From IMG/VR virus record IMGVR_UViG_3300027911_000028: DNA of 41,726 nt, one strand, 5' to 3'. The notes below the pieces were generated by a model. It did no database searches, had not been told where the DNA came from, and saw only the letters and a list, made by a program, of their open reading frames with translations. A program made the position numbers and the translations under genes. Shown here piece by piece: positions 1 to 7,413 of this stretch (position 1 is its first letter; the number at the start of each line of letters is the position of its first letter). The stretch is from a virus.

Positions 1-99
1 ACGAAGAGGTTTGTGAATGAAATGGATTCATGAGGATCAAAAAGACAGCAAGCCTATAGTAGGCGCCCGGATCGAGCCGATGGTTCCTGGGCCATACCT
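1..99. repeat. Direct terminal repeat copy A, identical to 41628-41726 (assembly overlap of a circular molecule)
   Basis: Bases 1-99 (acgaagaggtttgtgaatgaaatgg...gggccatacct) match 41628-41726 base for base up to the last base of the window. Confidence 0.95.
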
Positions 100-280
100 C
101 ATCGTGAAGCAGCACTACGAGGAGACCGTGAAGGGAATGGACTGGCTCAAGGCACAGAAGATGCCTGCGGTTGAAAAAATGGTGGACGAGATCCCCGCGG
201 ACATGTGGGGACAGTGCGCGATGGCGTGCATCGATGGCAGGGCGATCTTGGTGGCGTACCGATTCGACACGAGTGATTGA
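17..280 (+). CDS. Hypothetical protein, 87 aa; spans the circular junction and restarts at 41644
   Basis: ATG 17 corresponds to 41644 and forms an ATGA overlap with the stop of the 68-aa ORF ending at 41647. No recognisable motif. Confidence 0.6.
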   Translation: MKWIHEDQKDSKPIVGARIEPMVPGPYLIVKQHYEETVKGMDWLKAQKMPAVEKMVDEIPADMWGQCAMACIDGRAILVAYRFDTSD

Positions 281-291
281 GGGGGGAGAGA

Positions 292-1137
292 ATGAAATTC
301 ATCGCGCTTTCAATGATGGTCCTTTTGTCATGCTCGAAACAGGGCGCGCAAGGCCTCCGTGCATACACGCCGAGCTTTATCCACAAGTCGGCCGAGAACG
401 AGCAGGTGAGCGCGATGGAGGCCACTGCGTTCGAATGGAGTGGCGAGCTCCTGACGATGATCTCGTTCCGCGACGTCGGTCGCATAGACATCCGATCCGG
501 GACCACGACGATCGCCTCGTTCGAGACGAAGATCCAGTACGCATGCGCATTCGTCGACGGGTCAGTCTTGCACGTATTCGGCTCCTCTGGTGATGAACTC
601 TTCGAGCAGCACTCATCGAACTTGACTGACTGGTCAGCTCCGGCCCTGGTGCGTGGGAAAAAAGAGGGGATGCATCTTTTCAACTCATCGGTGACTAAGA
701 CTCCAGACGGCTACGTGATGGCTTATGAGACTTGCGAGCCTGGCACGGTGTGCTTCAACGTCCGATTTATGAAGTCCACTAATTTGATTCACTGGCAGGA
801 TGTCGGCGACATCATGAGCCCGGATAGGTACGCGGCCTGCCCGACGATCAGGTATGTCGACGGCAGTTACTACGTTTTCGTGTTGAGGGATGTCGGAGGG
901 TTCGCCACGTTCGTCCTGAAGTCGGATGACTTGATCAATTGGACGGAGTCGGAAAAAGTCGTCCTGTCATTCCTGGGTGAACCGGATGAAGGGATCGACA
1001 ACTCGGACATGGACTTGGTCGAGCACGATGGCAAGGTCGTCATCAACTATGCTGTCGGTGACCAGGACAAATGGGCCAACGTGAAGTATGCTACCTATGA
1101 CGGCAGCCTCGAACAATTCGTCAAAGAATTTTTTTGA
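292..1137 (+). CDS. Putative lipoprotein, 281 aa, with a beta-propeller glycoside-hydrolase-like repeat pattern
   Basis: ATG 292 follows GGGGGGAGAG. The N-terminus MKFIALSMMVLLSC is a signal peptide plus lipobox Cys. Three spaced blade-like motifs (NLTDW, NLIHW, DLINW) plus DNSDMD resemble 5-bladed propeller glycosidases. The function call is weak. Confidence 0.55.
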   Translation: MKFIALSMMVLLSCSKQGAQGLRAYTPSFIHKSAENEQVSAMEATAFEWSGELLTMISFRDVGRIDIRSGTTTIASFETKIQYACAFVDGSVLHVFGSSGDELFEQHSSNLTDWSAPALVRGKKEGMHLFNSSVTKTPDGYVMAYETCEPGTVCFNVRFMKSTNLIHWQDVGDIMSPDRYAACPTIRYVDGSYYVFVLRDVGGFATFVLKSDDLINWTESEKVVLSFLGEPDEGIDNSDMDLVEHDGKVVINYAVGDQDKWANVKYATYDGSLEQFVKEFF

Positions 1138-1155
1138 AATCTGGGGAGAAACAGA

Positions 1156-1362
1156 ATGGCGAAATCAAAATTGACAGAGAACTTTCAGAAGCTTTCCAAG
1201 GACGATGACTTCCTGCTAGTCCAGGCGTACATCCCGGCTGATCTCAGAAAAAAGGCCGCCGACCAGATCAAGATCGATCGAAAAAATGGCTTCGATGTCA
1301 CGTGGGACAAGCTGATCGAGCTCTGCGTCCGTCAATACCTCGAAGAACGTGGTGTGAAGTGA
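1156..1362 (+). CDS. Ribbon-helix-helix-like small DNA-binding protein, 68 aa
   Basis: GGGGAGA lies upstream of the ATG. LLVQAYIPADLRKKAADQIK (strand plus helix) and TWDKLIELCVRQYLEE (second helix) fit a CopG/Arc-type RHH pattern. Confidence 0.55.
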   Translation: MAKSKLTENFQKLSKDDDFLLVQAYIPADLRKKAADQIKIDRKNGFDVTWDKLIELCVRQYLEERGVK

Positions 1363-1502
1363 AGATCAGGTTCTGGGTCTGCGTCGGTGAATCTGGTAGA
1401 GTTTATGACATCACGTGGACGATGACCGGTGGCCCACCGACCCGCAGGCCATTCACATACAACGATGAATTCAAATGGAAGGAGCTGTTCCTTGCTGTTT
1501 AA
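1359..1502 (+). CDS. Possible small ORF, 47 aa, bridging the RHH and HNH genes
   Basis: GTG 1359 overlaps the RHH stop (GTGA). It translates to VKIRFWVCVGESGRVYDITWTMTGGPPTRRPFTYNDEFKWKELFLAV and ends 11 nt inside the HNH gene. No homology recognised. Confidence 0.3.
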   Translation: MKIRFWVCVGESGRVYDITWTMTGGPPTRRPFTYNDEFKWKELFLAV

Positions 1503-1782
1503 GAAGCCGCAGAGGATCAGGAACCGTCGACTCCTCGACACCTACCACGAGATGCGATGCCTCGCCTGCGGATTCAAATGCTGCGATCCTTGCCACATCC
1601 AATCGAAGGGCGCTGGCGGTGACGACGTCGTGTGGAACCTACTCGCCCTATGCAACTCATGCCACCGATTCCAGCACCAACACTCTTGGAGACACTTCTG
1701 TGATAGGTTCCCGCACATCGAGCTCGTGCTCGAAGCGCAGGGATGGAAGTTCAATCATCACAACAGGCTCATCAGGGCCTAG
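1492..1782 (+). CDS. HNH endonuclease, 96 aa from TTG 1492 (the ORF is open from 1429)
   Basis: The translation CLACG...DPCHIQSKGAGGDD...LLALCNSCHRFQH carries an HNH/Zn-finger signature. GGAG lies 7 nt upstream of TTG 1492. Confidence 0.75.
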   Translation: MLFKKPQRIRNRRLLDTYHEMRCLACGFKCCDPCHIQSKGAGGDDVVWNLLALCNSCHRFQHQHSWRHFCDRFPHIELVLEAQGWKFNHHNRLIRA

Positions 1783-2474
1783 TTGCAGGCCGGGACGTTC
1801 TTCTGGACGCGGGCGATGATCTGGGCGCTGCTGTCGTACTTGCCGCCCGGGTGCATGCTCGCCCAGTACAATCCACTCATTCCGACGGGGATCATGATCA
1901 CACCGTGCTTCTTGATCTGGAGGGCCATGATCGCATCCGCTAGTCGCATGTTCTCATAGGGCTTCAGGAGGTCGTCGAACCCATACCCGAAGTTGAATCC
2001 ATAGTTGTCCTGGTCGACGACGGACATCTGGAGCAGTCCGATCGACCATGTATTCTTGTCGCTCTTCGTTCCGACGTCCACGCTCTGGCTGTTCGGATCC
2101 CAACTCGACTCATAATAGGCATCCGCGACCCAGAGCTCGCTGATGACGTGAACCTTTGTTTCGTCATCGAGGACGCTGTATTTCGGACAGATCTTCGTGA
2201 TGTCCGACGCCGTCGAGTACACGGAGATGTCGGCGCGTATCAACCCTTCGAGGCTATCAGACCACGCCGCGCGCTCCGGATGGTTCGCTTCCCATGCGAG
2301 CACGATGTGCTGAGGGGCAGGTGCGACCGTTGGCTGACTCACCGGTGCGGGCACTGGGGTCGGCACTGGCGTCGGTGACGGACTCACCACGATGATCGGG
2401 GGCGCCGAGGGCGTCGGCTGTGGAAGCTGCGTGCATGAAGTGATTGCCAAGATCAAGAGGATGAAGATTCTCAT
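1779..2474 (-). CDS. Lipoprotein with a lytic transglycosylase (SLT-like) domain, 231 aa
   Basis: MRIFILLILAITSC is a signal peptide plus lipobox, followed by a Pro-rich linker. YYESSWDPNSQS...SIGLLQMS fits the catalytic Glu-Ser and GLxQ motifs of SLT domains. ATGA overlap with the upstream gene. Confidence 0.7.
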   Translation of the reverse strand: MRIFILLILAITSCTQLPQPTPSAPPIIVVSPSPTPVPTPVPAPVSQPTVAPAPQHIVLAWEANHPERAAWSDSLEGLIRADISVYSTASDITKICPKYSVLDDETKVHVISELWVADAYYESSWDPNSQSVDVGTKSDKNTWSIGLLQMSVVDQDNYGFNFGYGFDDLLKPYENMRLADAIMALQIKKHGVIMIPVGMSGLYWASMHPGGKYDSSAQIIARVQKNVPACN

Positions 2475-3103
2475 TTGCTTTGCTCCTTCGGGTATATCCT
2501 GACGAACCCGAGCGTCTGAAGGTTTCCGTTTCTGAATTTGTCCCTGGTCTTGATATAAGCACCGTCACCATCACGAGAGCCAGCGAGATTTGTGTTCCCC
2601 TCGAAGGTCGTCATGATGTTACCCGGTCCTGCCTGAAGCACGAGCATCGCATGGCCGTTCGAAGTGTCCCCGTGACGAGCGCACGCGACAGCTCCTTGCT
2701 CGCACGTCACGCTGACGAGCCCTGGCACCTTGAGCGCCAACTGGTACACACTGAGGACCTCGAGGTCAGCCGGGAATGGGCTCTCCTTCTGGAGATAGTC
2801 CTCGATGAATGCGACGATCACTTGCTGCATGCTCATGCACCATGCGAGTCCGTTCCCGCCGGGAGTGACTCCACCGATGACGTCCTGTATGAGCCCGACG
2901 GTGTGGCCCATGTTGTTCCCTCCTACCTCTCGGATGTCGCATTGAGCGAGCGCCAAGGCGATGTCGCAGGCCATCTGGACTGGATCACAGTCGAGGAATG
3001 ACTTCGGTATGCGTCCGAATTTGAACACATGATCCTCGATTAACTCCCTGAGCTCCGGAAGGAGATGTCTCCCTGACTTCCCGTCAAGGTGATGTGTGAT
3101 CAC
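2471..3103 (-). CDS. Peptidoglycan hydrolase, CHAP/NlpC-P60-like (TIGR02594-type); endolysin candidate, 210 aa
   Basis: GTG 3103 sits 6 nt after AAGGAGG. Motifs are GNGLAWCMSM (Cys), GHAMLV (His) and TFEGNTN...DGDGAY. No signal peptide. Confidence 0.7.
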   Translation of the reverse strand: MITHHLDGKSGRHLLPELRELIEDHVFKFGRIPKSFLDCDPVQMACDIALALAQCDIREVGGNNMGHTVGLIQDVIGGVTPGGNGLAWCMSMQQVIVAFIEDYLQKESPFPADLEVLSVYQLALKVPGLVSVTCEQGAVACARHGDTSNGHAMLVLQAGPGNIMTTFEGNTNLAGSRDGDGAYIKTRDKFRNGNLQTLGFVRIYPKEQSK

Positions 3104-3311
3104 TGTCGGCCTCCTTGAGGCGTTTGAGCTGAGCCTCGGCTGATTGCATGAGCTGCGCACTGCCGCTCAGGTCCTTAGATGCGGCCTCGACGAAATCAAG
3201 GAACTTCTGTTTCGTGGCGGCGTCTGCCTGGGACTTGTCGAGGTACATGCCGATGATCCTCAATGCGGTCGGCGCGATCGTGCCCAATAGGCTGAGAATG
3301 ATTGATCCCAT
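3084..3311 (-). CDS. Small membrane protein, holin-like, 75 aa
   Basis: Hydrophobic N-terminus MGSIILSLLGTIAPTALRIIGMY, then a charged helical tail. It sits directly upstream of, and overlaps, the endolysin gene. Confidence 0.55.
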   Translation of the reverse strand: MGSIILSLLGTIAPTALRIIGMYLDKSQADAATKQKFLDFVEAASKDLSGSAQLMQSAEAQLKRLKEADSDHTSP

Positions 3312-3312
3312 G

Positions 3313-4032
3313 TTAGTTGTCCCTCACCAAAATTGATTCGTATCCGATGGTCGTGATCCGCGCCAGGCGTGGACCCTTCACTTCCTTGAATATGTAGACA
3401 CACTTCCCCTTGTTGACGGGAAACTTGAACCTACCGGAATCCTGGGCGGGCAACTCGCACCCTCGATCTGGGCTCACCATGACCGGAACCGGGAAGTCGA
3501 TCGTCTGGTACAGGCCGGACCTCGATTGGCAGGCCTCGACCCCGACGAAGTCACGGGACGCCCCGTTGCATCCGATCTTCCCCGGCAACGTCATGTCCTT
3601 CGTCACGAAGTCGACGAACGCCCAGGAGTGCCTCCCGGCCTTATCGAATCCGGAGAGCTCGAGCGGGCATGCGATGCCGTCCTCGATGCCGACGACCGGC
3701 TTGTAACTGAACGTCGCCTCGCGGGTTGAGTCCACCTTCTTCGATCCCCAGCCGAACAATCCATCAGGGACCGTCGTCTGTACGTTCCACGCGGATTCCT
3801 TGGTCGTCTCCCGATGGCAGGTCGACATCACGAACAGGTTGAGGTCCCCGCGCGCGATGATGTGGAACTGGTTAACGTCCAACATCGGAGCGACACCGAC
3901 GCCCTCGAACGTGACCCCGTTCACGGTCACGATCATGTCGCGCTTGTAGAGCGTGTTCGGATCGAGCTGCTGGGATGGCTCCGTCACCAATGACGAGCAC
4001 CCGGCGAGGAAGATAATGAAAAGTCTAATCAT
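3313..4032 (-). CDS. Cys-rich lipoprotein of unknown function, 239 aa
   Basis: ATG 4032 sits 7 nt after AGGAGG. MIRLFIIFLAGCSS has an LAGC lipobox. Six further Cys residues occur in the mature part. No recognisable domain. Confidence 0.7.
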   Translation of the reverse strand: MIRLFIIFLAGCSSLVTEPSQQLDPNTLYKRDMIVTVNGVTFEGVGVAPMLDVNQFHIIARGDLNLFVMSTCHRETTKESAWNVQTTVPDGLFGWGSKKVDSTREATFSYKPVVGIEDGIACPLELSGFDKAGRHSWAFVDFVTKDMTLPGKIGCNGASRDFVGVEACQSRSGLYQTIDFPVPVMVSPDRGCELPAQDSGRFKFPVNKGKCVYIFKEVKGPRLARITTIGYESILVRDN

Positions 4033-4043
4033 GAATTGACCTC

Positions 4044-4076
4044 CTGAAAAGACGAAAGGAGGGTCTCCCCTCCTCC
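4044..4076 (-). terminator. Intrinsic-terminator-like hairpin inside the lysis cassette
   Basis: The minus-strand RNA reads AGGAGGG-GAGA-CCCUCCU (7-bp GC-rich stem, tetraloop; 4074 to 4057), followed by UUCGUCUUUUC (4056 to 4046). Confidence 0.45.
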
Positions 4077-4111
4077 GCCTAAAACAACTTCGTTGGAGAA
4101 ACAAAAAACCT

Positions 4112-4408
4112 TTACTTGGGAGGCTGCACGTTGTTCGCCACGCCGATCAGCTTGTTCGTCAGGTCACCCAAAAAAGAGAGGATGGCGCCGAACCCAGCGA
4201 AGGCGTATTGAACTGGAATCAAAACGGACAATGGCTTCGCGGTCGGGACCGCGCGCAGGATCAACTCGAACACCACGAGGATGCTCGCGACTGTCCCTCC
4301 GCTGAGGCCGATCGCCTTCAGGGCGCTGTCGAGATACGTCGGTGGTGCGGTCTGAGCGAACACCGTCATCGTGAAAAGTACCAACATGATCGCCGTGAGT
4401 GTCTTCAT
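4112..4408 (-). CDS. Membrane protein with three hydrophobic segments, 98 aa; holin candidate
   Basis: MKTLTAIMLVLFTMTVFAQ, plus two further hydrophobic stretches (VASILVVFELIL and YAFAGFGAILSFL). ATGA overlap with the upstream gene. Confidence 0.6.
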   Translation of the reverse strand: MKTLTAIMLVLFTMTVFAQTAPPTYLDSALKAIGLSGGTVASILVVFELILRAVPTAKPLSVLIPVQYAFAGFGAILSFLGDLTNKLIGVANNVQPPK

Positions 4409-4749
4409 TTGTGACCCTTTCCGTAGATCTCTTGCTTGGCCTCGACCCTGGCGAAGCTCTGCAAGAGCGTTTGTATGTCTGCCTTGATCCCATCAATCTT
4501 CGACCAGAGAGTCAAGTCGTGGTCTTTTTGCCTCGCCTTGAACTCGACCAGATCCTTCTCCATGGCCTTGATCTTGTGGATCTCCTCGATCTCGAGGAGG
4601 AAGCCCTTGTTCTCCTTCTCGAGCGCGTCGAGGCGCGCCTTCATCCTTTCCTCTGATCTCGCCATGTAGATGAGAAAAATTATCATCTGTAGGCAGAACT
4701 CTGCGATCAGTGGAGACATGTCCTTGAGCAGTTGAATGAATGAATCCAT
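4405..4749 (-). CDS. N-terminally anchored coiled-coil protein, 114 aa (i-spanin-like topology)
   Basis: ATG 4749 follows GGGGGA. It has a hydrophobic segment (SPLIAEFCLQMIIFLIYMA) then a heptad-rich charged region. Only the last 114 codons of the 433-aa track ORF look coding. Confidence 0.6.
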   Translation of the reverse strand: MDSFIQLLKDMSPLIAEFCLQMIIFLIYMARSEERMKARLDALEKENKGFLLEIEEIHKIKAMEKDLVEFKARQKDHDLTLWSKIDGIKADIQTLLQSFARVEAKQEIYGKGHK

Positions 4750-4757
4750 CGGTCCCC

Positions 4758-5732
4758 CTAGGTTTTGATGATCCAATTCATGATCATCGATGGTTGCATG
4801 TTCTGGTGCGTCCCGCCGGATCCAGTCGATTGATTCGTCGCGACCGTCGATTGGTTCGTCGCCGTCGCCACCTGGTTCGTCGCCGTCGTCACGTTGTTCG
4901 TCGCGGTAGATGAGTTCACGCTGATGTTCGTCACGGCCGTCTGCGTCCCGTAGACGAATGAGCCGACGGAGATTGATCCGTACGGATTCGTGCCCGTGTT
5001 GCCGTTGCCGTTGAAAAATGTGATCGAGTGGGAGTGCCCTGGGTCGGTGATCCCGTGTGAGTGAGCGTTCTGTGAATGCGTATGCGCGTCCTGCGTGTGA
5101 TTGTGCGCATCTTGTGTGTGCGTATGAGCGTCCTGAACGTGCGTATGAGAGGGCATCTGTGAGGTATTGATCGCGACGGATTGAGATCCGCCCGAGGCGC
5201 CGAGCGTGGTCCCGGTGATCCCAGACTCCGAGTTCGTCACCCGACCGGCGGTCGTCCCGCCCATATTGTCGAGTCCTGCCACAGTCCTGCCCCTGAGGTC
5301 GGGCAAGTTGAACGTCGTCGAACCATCGCCGGATCCGTATGTGGTCCCGATCGCGAGGAACAACGCTGAGTAGGTCGTACGACTCACCTCCTGCCCATAG
5401 CAGAGCAGGAAGAGGCTCGGAGCCGTTGTCCCAGCGAACGGGATCGTGCATCCGGCAGGGAGGAACGACGCGAACAGCGCATTGATGTTCGCGAGCATGT
5501 TCGCCGAAATGCCGTCGTCTAAGACGTCGACCCCGAGGCGGTCGCTCATCGCCTGGGCGAACTGAGATACCACGGCGGCCGATTGCCTCAACGCCTTGTT
5601 GTTGAGCGCTGAGGATGCGATCCCAGGTTGCTGCCCGAGGGTCCTCCCAGTCGTAACGAGATAGGTCGATTGTTCGACTAAGTTCGTCCCAGTGTCCGTC
5701 GGACAAAACGTGAGGAAGTCATTCGTTGGCAT
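4758..5732 (-). CDS. Tail fibre with a phage tail-collar domain and a His-x-His repeat array, 324 aa
   Basis: LLCYGQEVSRTTYSALFLAIGTTYGSGDGSTTFNLPDLRGR is a collar-domain signature. Also present are an HTHVQDAHTHTQDAHNHTQDAHTHSQNAHSH array and a C-terminal GGTHQNMQPSMIMNWII. Confidence 0.85.
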   Translation of the reverse strand: MPTNDFLTFCPTDTGTNLVEQSTYLVTTGRTLGQQPGIASSALNNKALRQSAAVVSQFAQAMSDRLGVDVLDDGISANMLANINALFASFLPAGCTIPFAGTTAPSLFLLCYGQEVSRTTYSALFLAIGTTYGSGDGSTTFNLPDLRGRTVAGLDNMGGTTAGRVTNSESGITGTTLGASGGSQSVAINTSQMPSHTHVQDAHTHTQDAHNHTQDAHTHSQNAHSHGITDPGHSHSITFFNGNGNTGTNPYGSISVGSFVYGTQTAVTNISVNSSTATNNVTTATNQVATATNQSTVATNQSTGSGGTHQNMQPSMIMNWIIKT

Positions 5733-5750
5733 TCAAAAATCTCCTATTCG

Positions 5751-7409
5751 TTATTGATAGATCTCTTCGACGATGATCAATCCAGAGCCACCATTGCCAC
5801 CGGCTGCGGAAGTACCAGCTCCACCGGCTCCGCCACCGCCCACTGTGTATGTGTACGAGGTCGTCGGGCTCTGGATATAAAATTCGACGTATTCTCCGGC
5901 CCCGCCGCTCACGCAGCCGACCGATCCCCACGTAGTATTCCCGCCAGCACCGCCGCCACCTGCACCGGAGTTAGCAGGAGCCGATTGTCCAGCACCACCG
6001 TTGCCGGCCCCGCCTCCTCCACCACCGCCGAACGCGGTGCTCGCGCCCATCATCCCACCTGTGTTGACCACACCATTGTTGCCGCTCCCGGCCGCTCCAC
6101 CGATCCGCAGAGAGGCTGTTCCGCTTCCTCCGTTCCCCCCATTTTGTCCGGATCCGGCGTTGGCAGTGATTGAGTTGAAGCTCGTCGCTCCGCCCGTGCC
6201 ACCGTTTACGTATCCAACTCCATTGGTGATCCCTTGTCCGCCGCCACCACCGCCGACCATGCGGATCTTGAGCGTGACTGGTCTCGGACCCGATGGGGTC
6301 GTATAGGTCGCGCTGGTCCCCGAAGTGAGGACCTGCACCGTCGGTCCTTTGAATGTCGTCCACGCAGGGAGGCCTGATGATACTCCGAGGAACTGAATCG
6401 ACGGAGAGCTCGATCCGATCGCCAGACGAGCGGGTGTCCCCGAGTTGTCCGATGAATAGACCAGATCTCCAGTCGTGGTGAGTGGGCTCGCGTACGGGGT
6501 CGCCCACGTCATCGGCGACGATCCACCGCCTGCGCTCGTCAGCACCTGTCCAGTCGTCCCAGCCGTCGTCGGCAAGTTGAAGTTGTACGTGCCGGCCGCC
6601 GCCTGTGGCTTGATCGTGATGGTGCCGGAAGTGTTACCTGCCAATGAGAGCGTCCCGAGTGTCGTCCCCGCCACACCGAGGGTCGGTGTCGCCGAGAATG
6701 ATGGGTCCGAAGATGCCCCTTGACCCGTGAGCAATGTCCCCGCCGCTGCGGCCGCGAGCTGCGTGATCGCAGACGTGCCGGCACCGACGAGCAAACCGTG
6801 ATTCGTGAGCGTCGTCTGACCAGTGCCTCCACCTGTCACCGGCAAAGTCACCACCTCGGGAGTCGAGCTGATGATCTGCCAGTTCGATCCATCGGAAACC
6901 ACGGCGATCATCGCGTTCTGTGCGGTCAACGACAGGGCTCCGCTCGCGTATCCGCCGATCGTCTGAGACGACGTCGTGGCGAGCGTGACGGAGTAACCTC
7001 CCGTCGTGTTGATGATGTAGAACACATGGCCCGTGTTACCGACCGCAGTCGGCAACGTCGCAGTCGACACCGCTGTGAACAAGAGAACATTGTCCGTGAC
7101 GGCGTTCAGTGAGTAACTCGCTGACTTGGATGCGACCGTCAGCCCGCCGATCGCCGAGACGATCTGTGCTTGGAGGGTCGCCGTGCTCCCGTTGTCGAGG
7201 ACGTCCTGATTCAGCTTGTTCGAGATGAATTGAGCCACCTGTGAGGCCACGAATGTCGCCTGCCTGAGCGCCTTGTTGTTCAGCTCCAGGCTCGCGATGC
7301 CCGGTGCGTTCCCTGACGTCCTCAACGTGGATGAGTTGTAGGCCGACTGGGTCAGCAGGTTCGTCCCGGTGTCCGTTCCGCAAAATGGTAGGATCTCATT
7401 CGTCGACAT
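5751..7409 (-). CDS. Tail fibre with a C-terminal glycine-rich domain, 552 aa
   Basis: The N-terminal ~75 aa are paralogous to the 324-aa fibre. The C-terminal ~165 aa are rich in GGxGG runs and end in GGNGGSGLIIVEEIYQ. Confidence 0.8.
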   Translation of the reverse strand: MSTNEILPFCGTDTGTNLLTQSAYNSSTLRTSGNAPGIASLELNNKALRQATFVASQVAQFISNKLNQDVLDNGSTATLQAQIVSAIGGLTVASKSASYSLNAVTDNVLLFTAVSTATLPTAVGNTGHVFYIINTTGGYSVTLATTSSQTIGGYASGALSLTAQNAMIAVVSDGSNWQIISSTPEVVTLPVTGGGTGQTTLTNHGLLVGAGTSAITQLAAAAAGTLLTGQGASSDPSFSATPTLGVAGTTLGTLSLAGNTSGTITIKPQAAAGTYNFNLPTTAGTTGQVLTSAGGGSSPMTWATPYASPLTTTGDLVYSSDNSGTPARLAIGSSSPSIQFLGVSSGLPAWTTFKGPTVQVLTSGTSATYTTPSGPRPVTLKIRMVGGGGGGQGITNGVGYVNGGTGGATSFNSITANAGSGQNGGNGGSGTASLRIGGAAGSGNNGVVNTGGMMGASTAFGGGGGGGAGNGGAGQSAPANSGAGGGGAGGNTTWGSVGCVSGGAGEYVEFYIQSPTTSYTYTVGGGGAGGAGTSAAGGNGGSGLIIVEEIYQ

Positions 7410-7413
7410 CTTT

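Noticed and set aside
147-683. Several long ORFs on the opposite strand or in alternative frames of high-GC genes (for example 147-683, 171-593, 5971-6507, 7352-7897, 8463-9035, 14114-14716, 17272-18012, 23546-24178, 34681-35298)
   Set aside because: They have Arg/Pro/Gly/His-rich low-complexity translations and lie fully inside better-supported genes. This is typical of stop-codon-poor frames in GC-rich DNA.
4405-5706. 433-aa minus-strand ORF spanning the short fibre gene
   Set aside because: Its first ~320 codons are an Arg/Asp/His-rich alternative frame of the well-supported collar-domain fibre gene (4758-5732). Only the last 114 codons, starting at ATG 4749 with its own SD, look like a real protein.
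6001-6306. Plus-strand ORF beginning MPAPPPPPPPNAV
   Set aside because: It is the antisense shadow of the GGN-rich glycine domain of the long fibre and has no independent support.
4758-7409. Diversity-generating retroelement targeting the fibres
   Set aside because: No reverse transcriptase gene exists anywhere in the genome, and there is no template/variable DNA repeat pair. The similarity between the fibres is an N-terminal protein-level paralogy.
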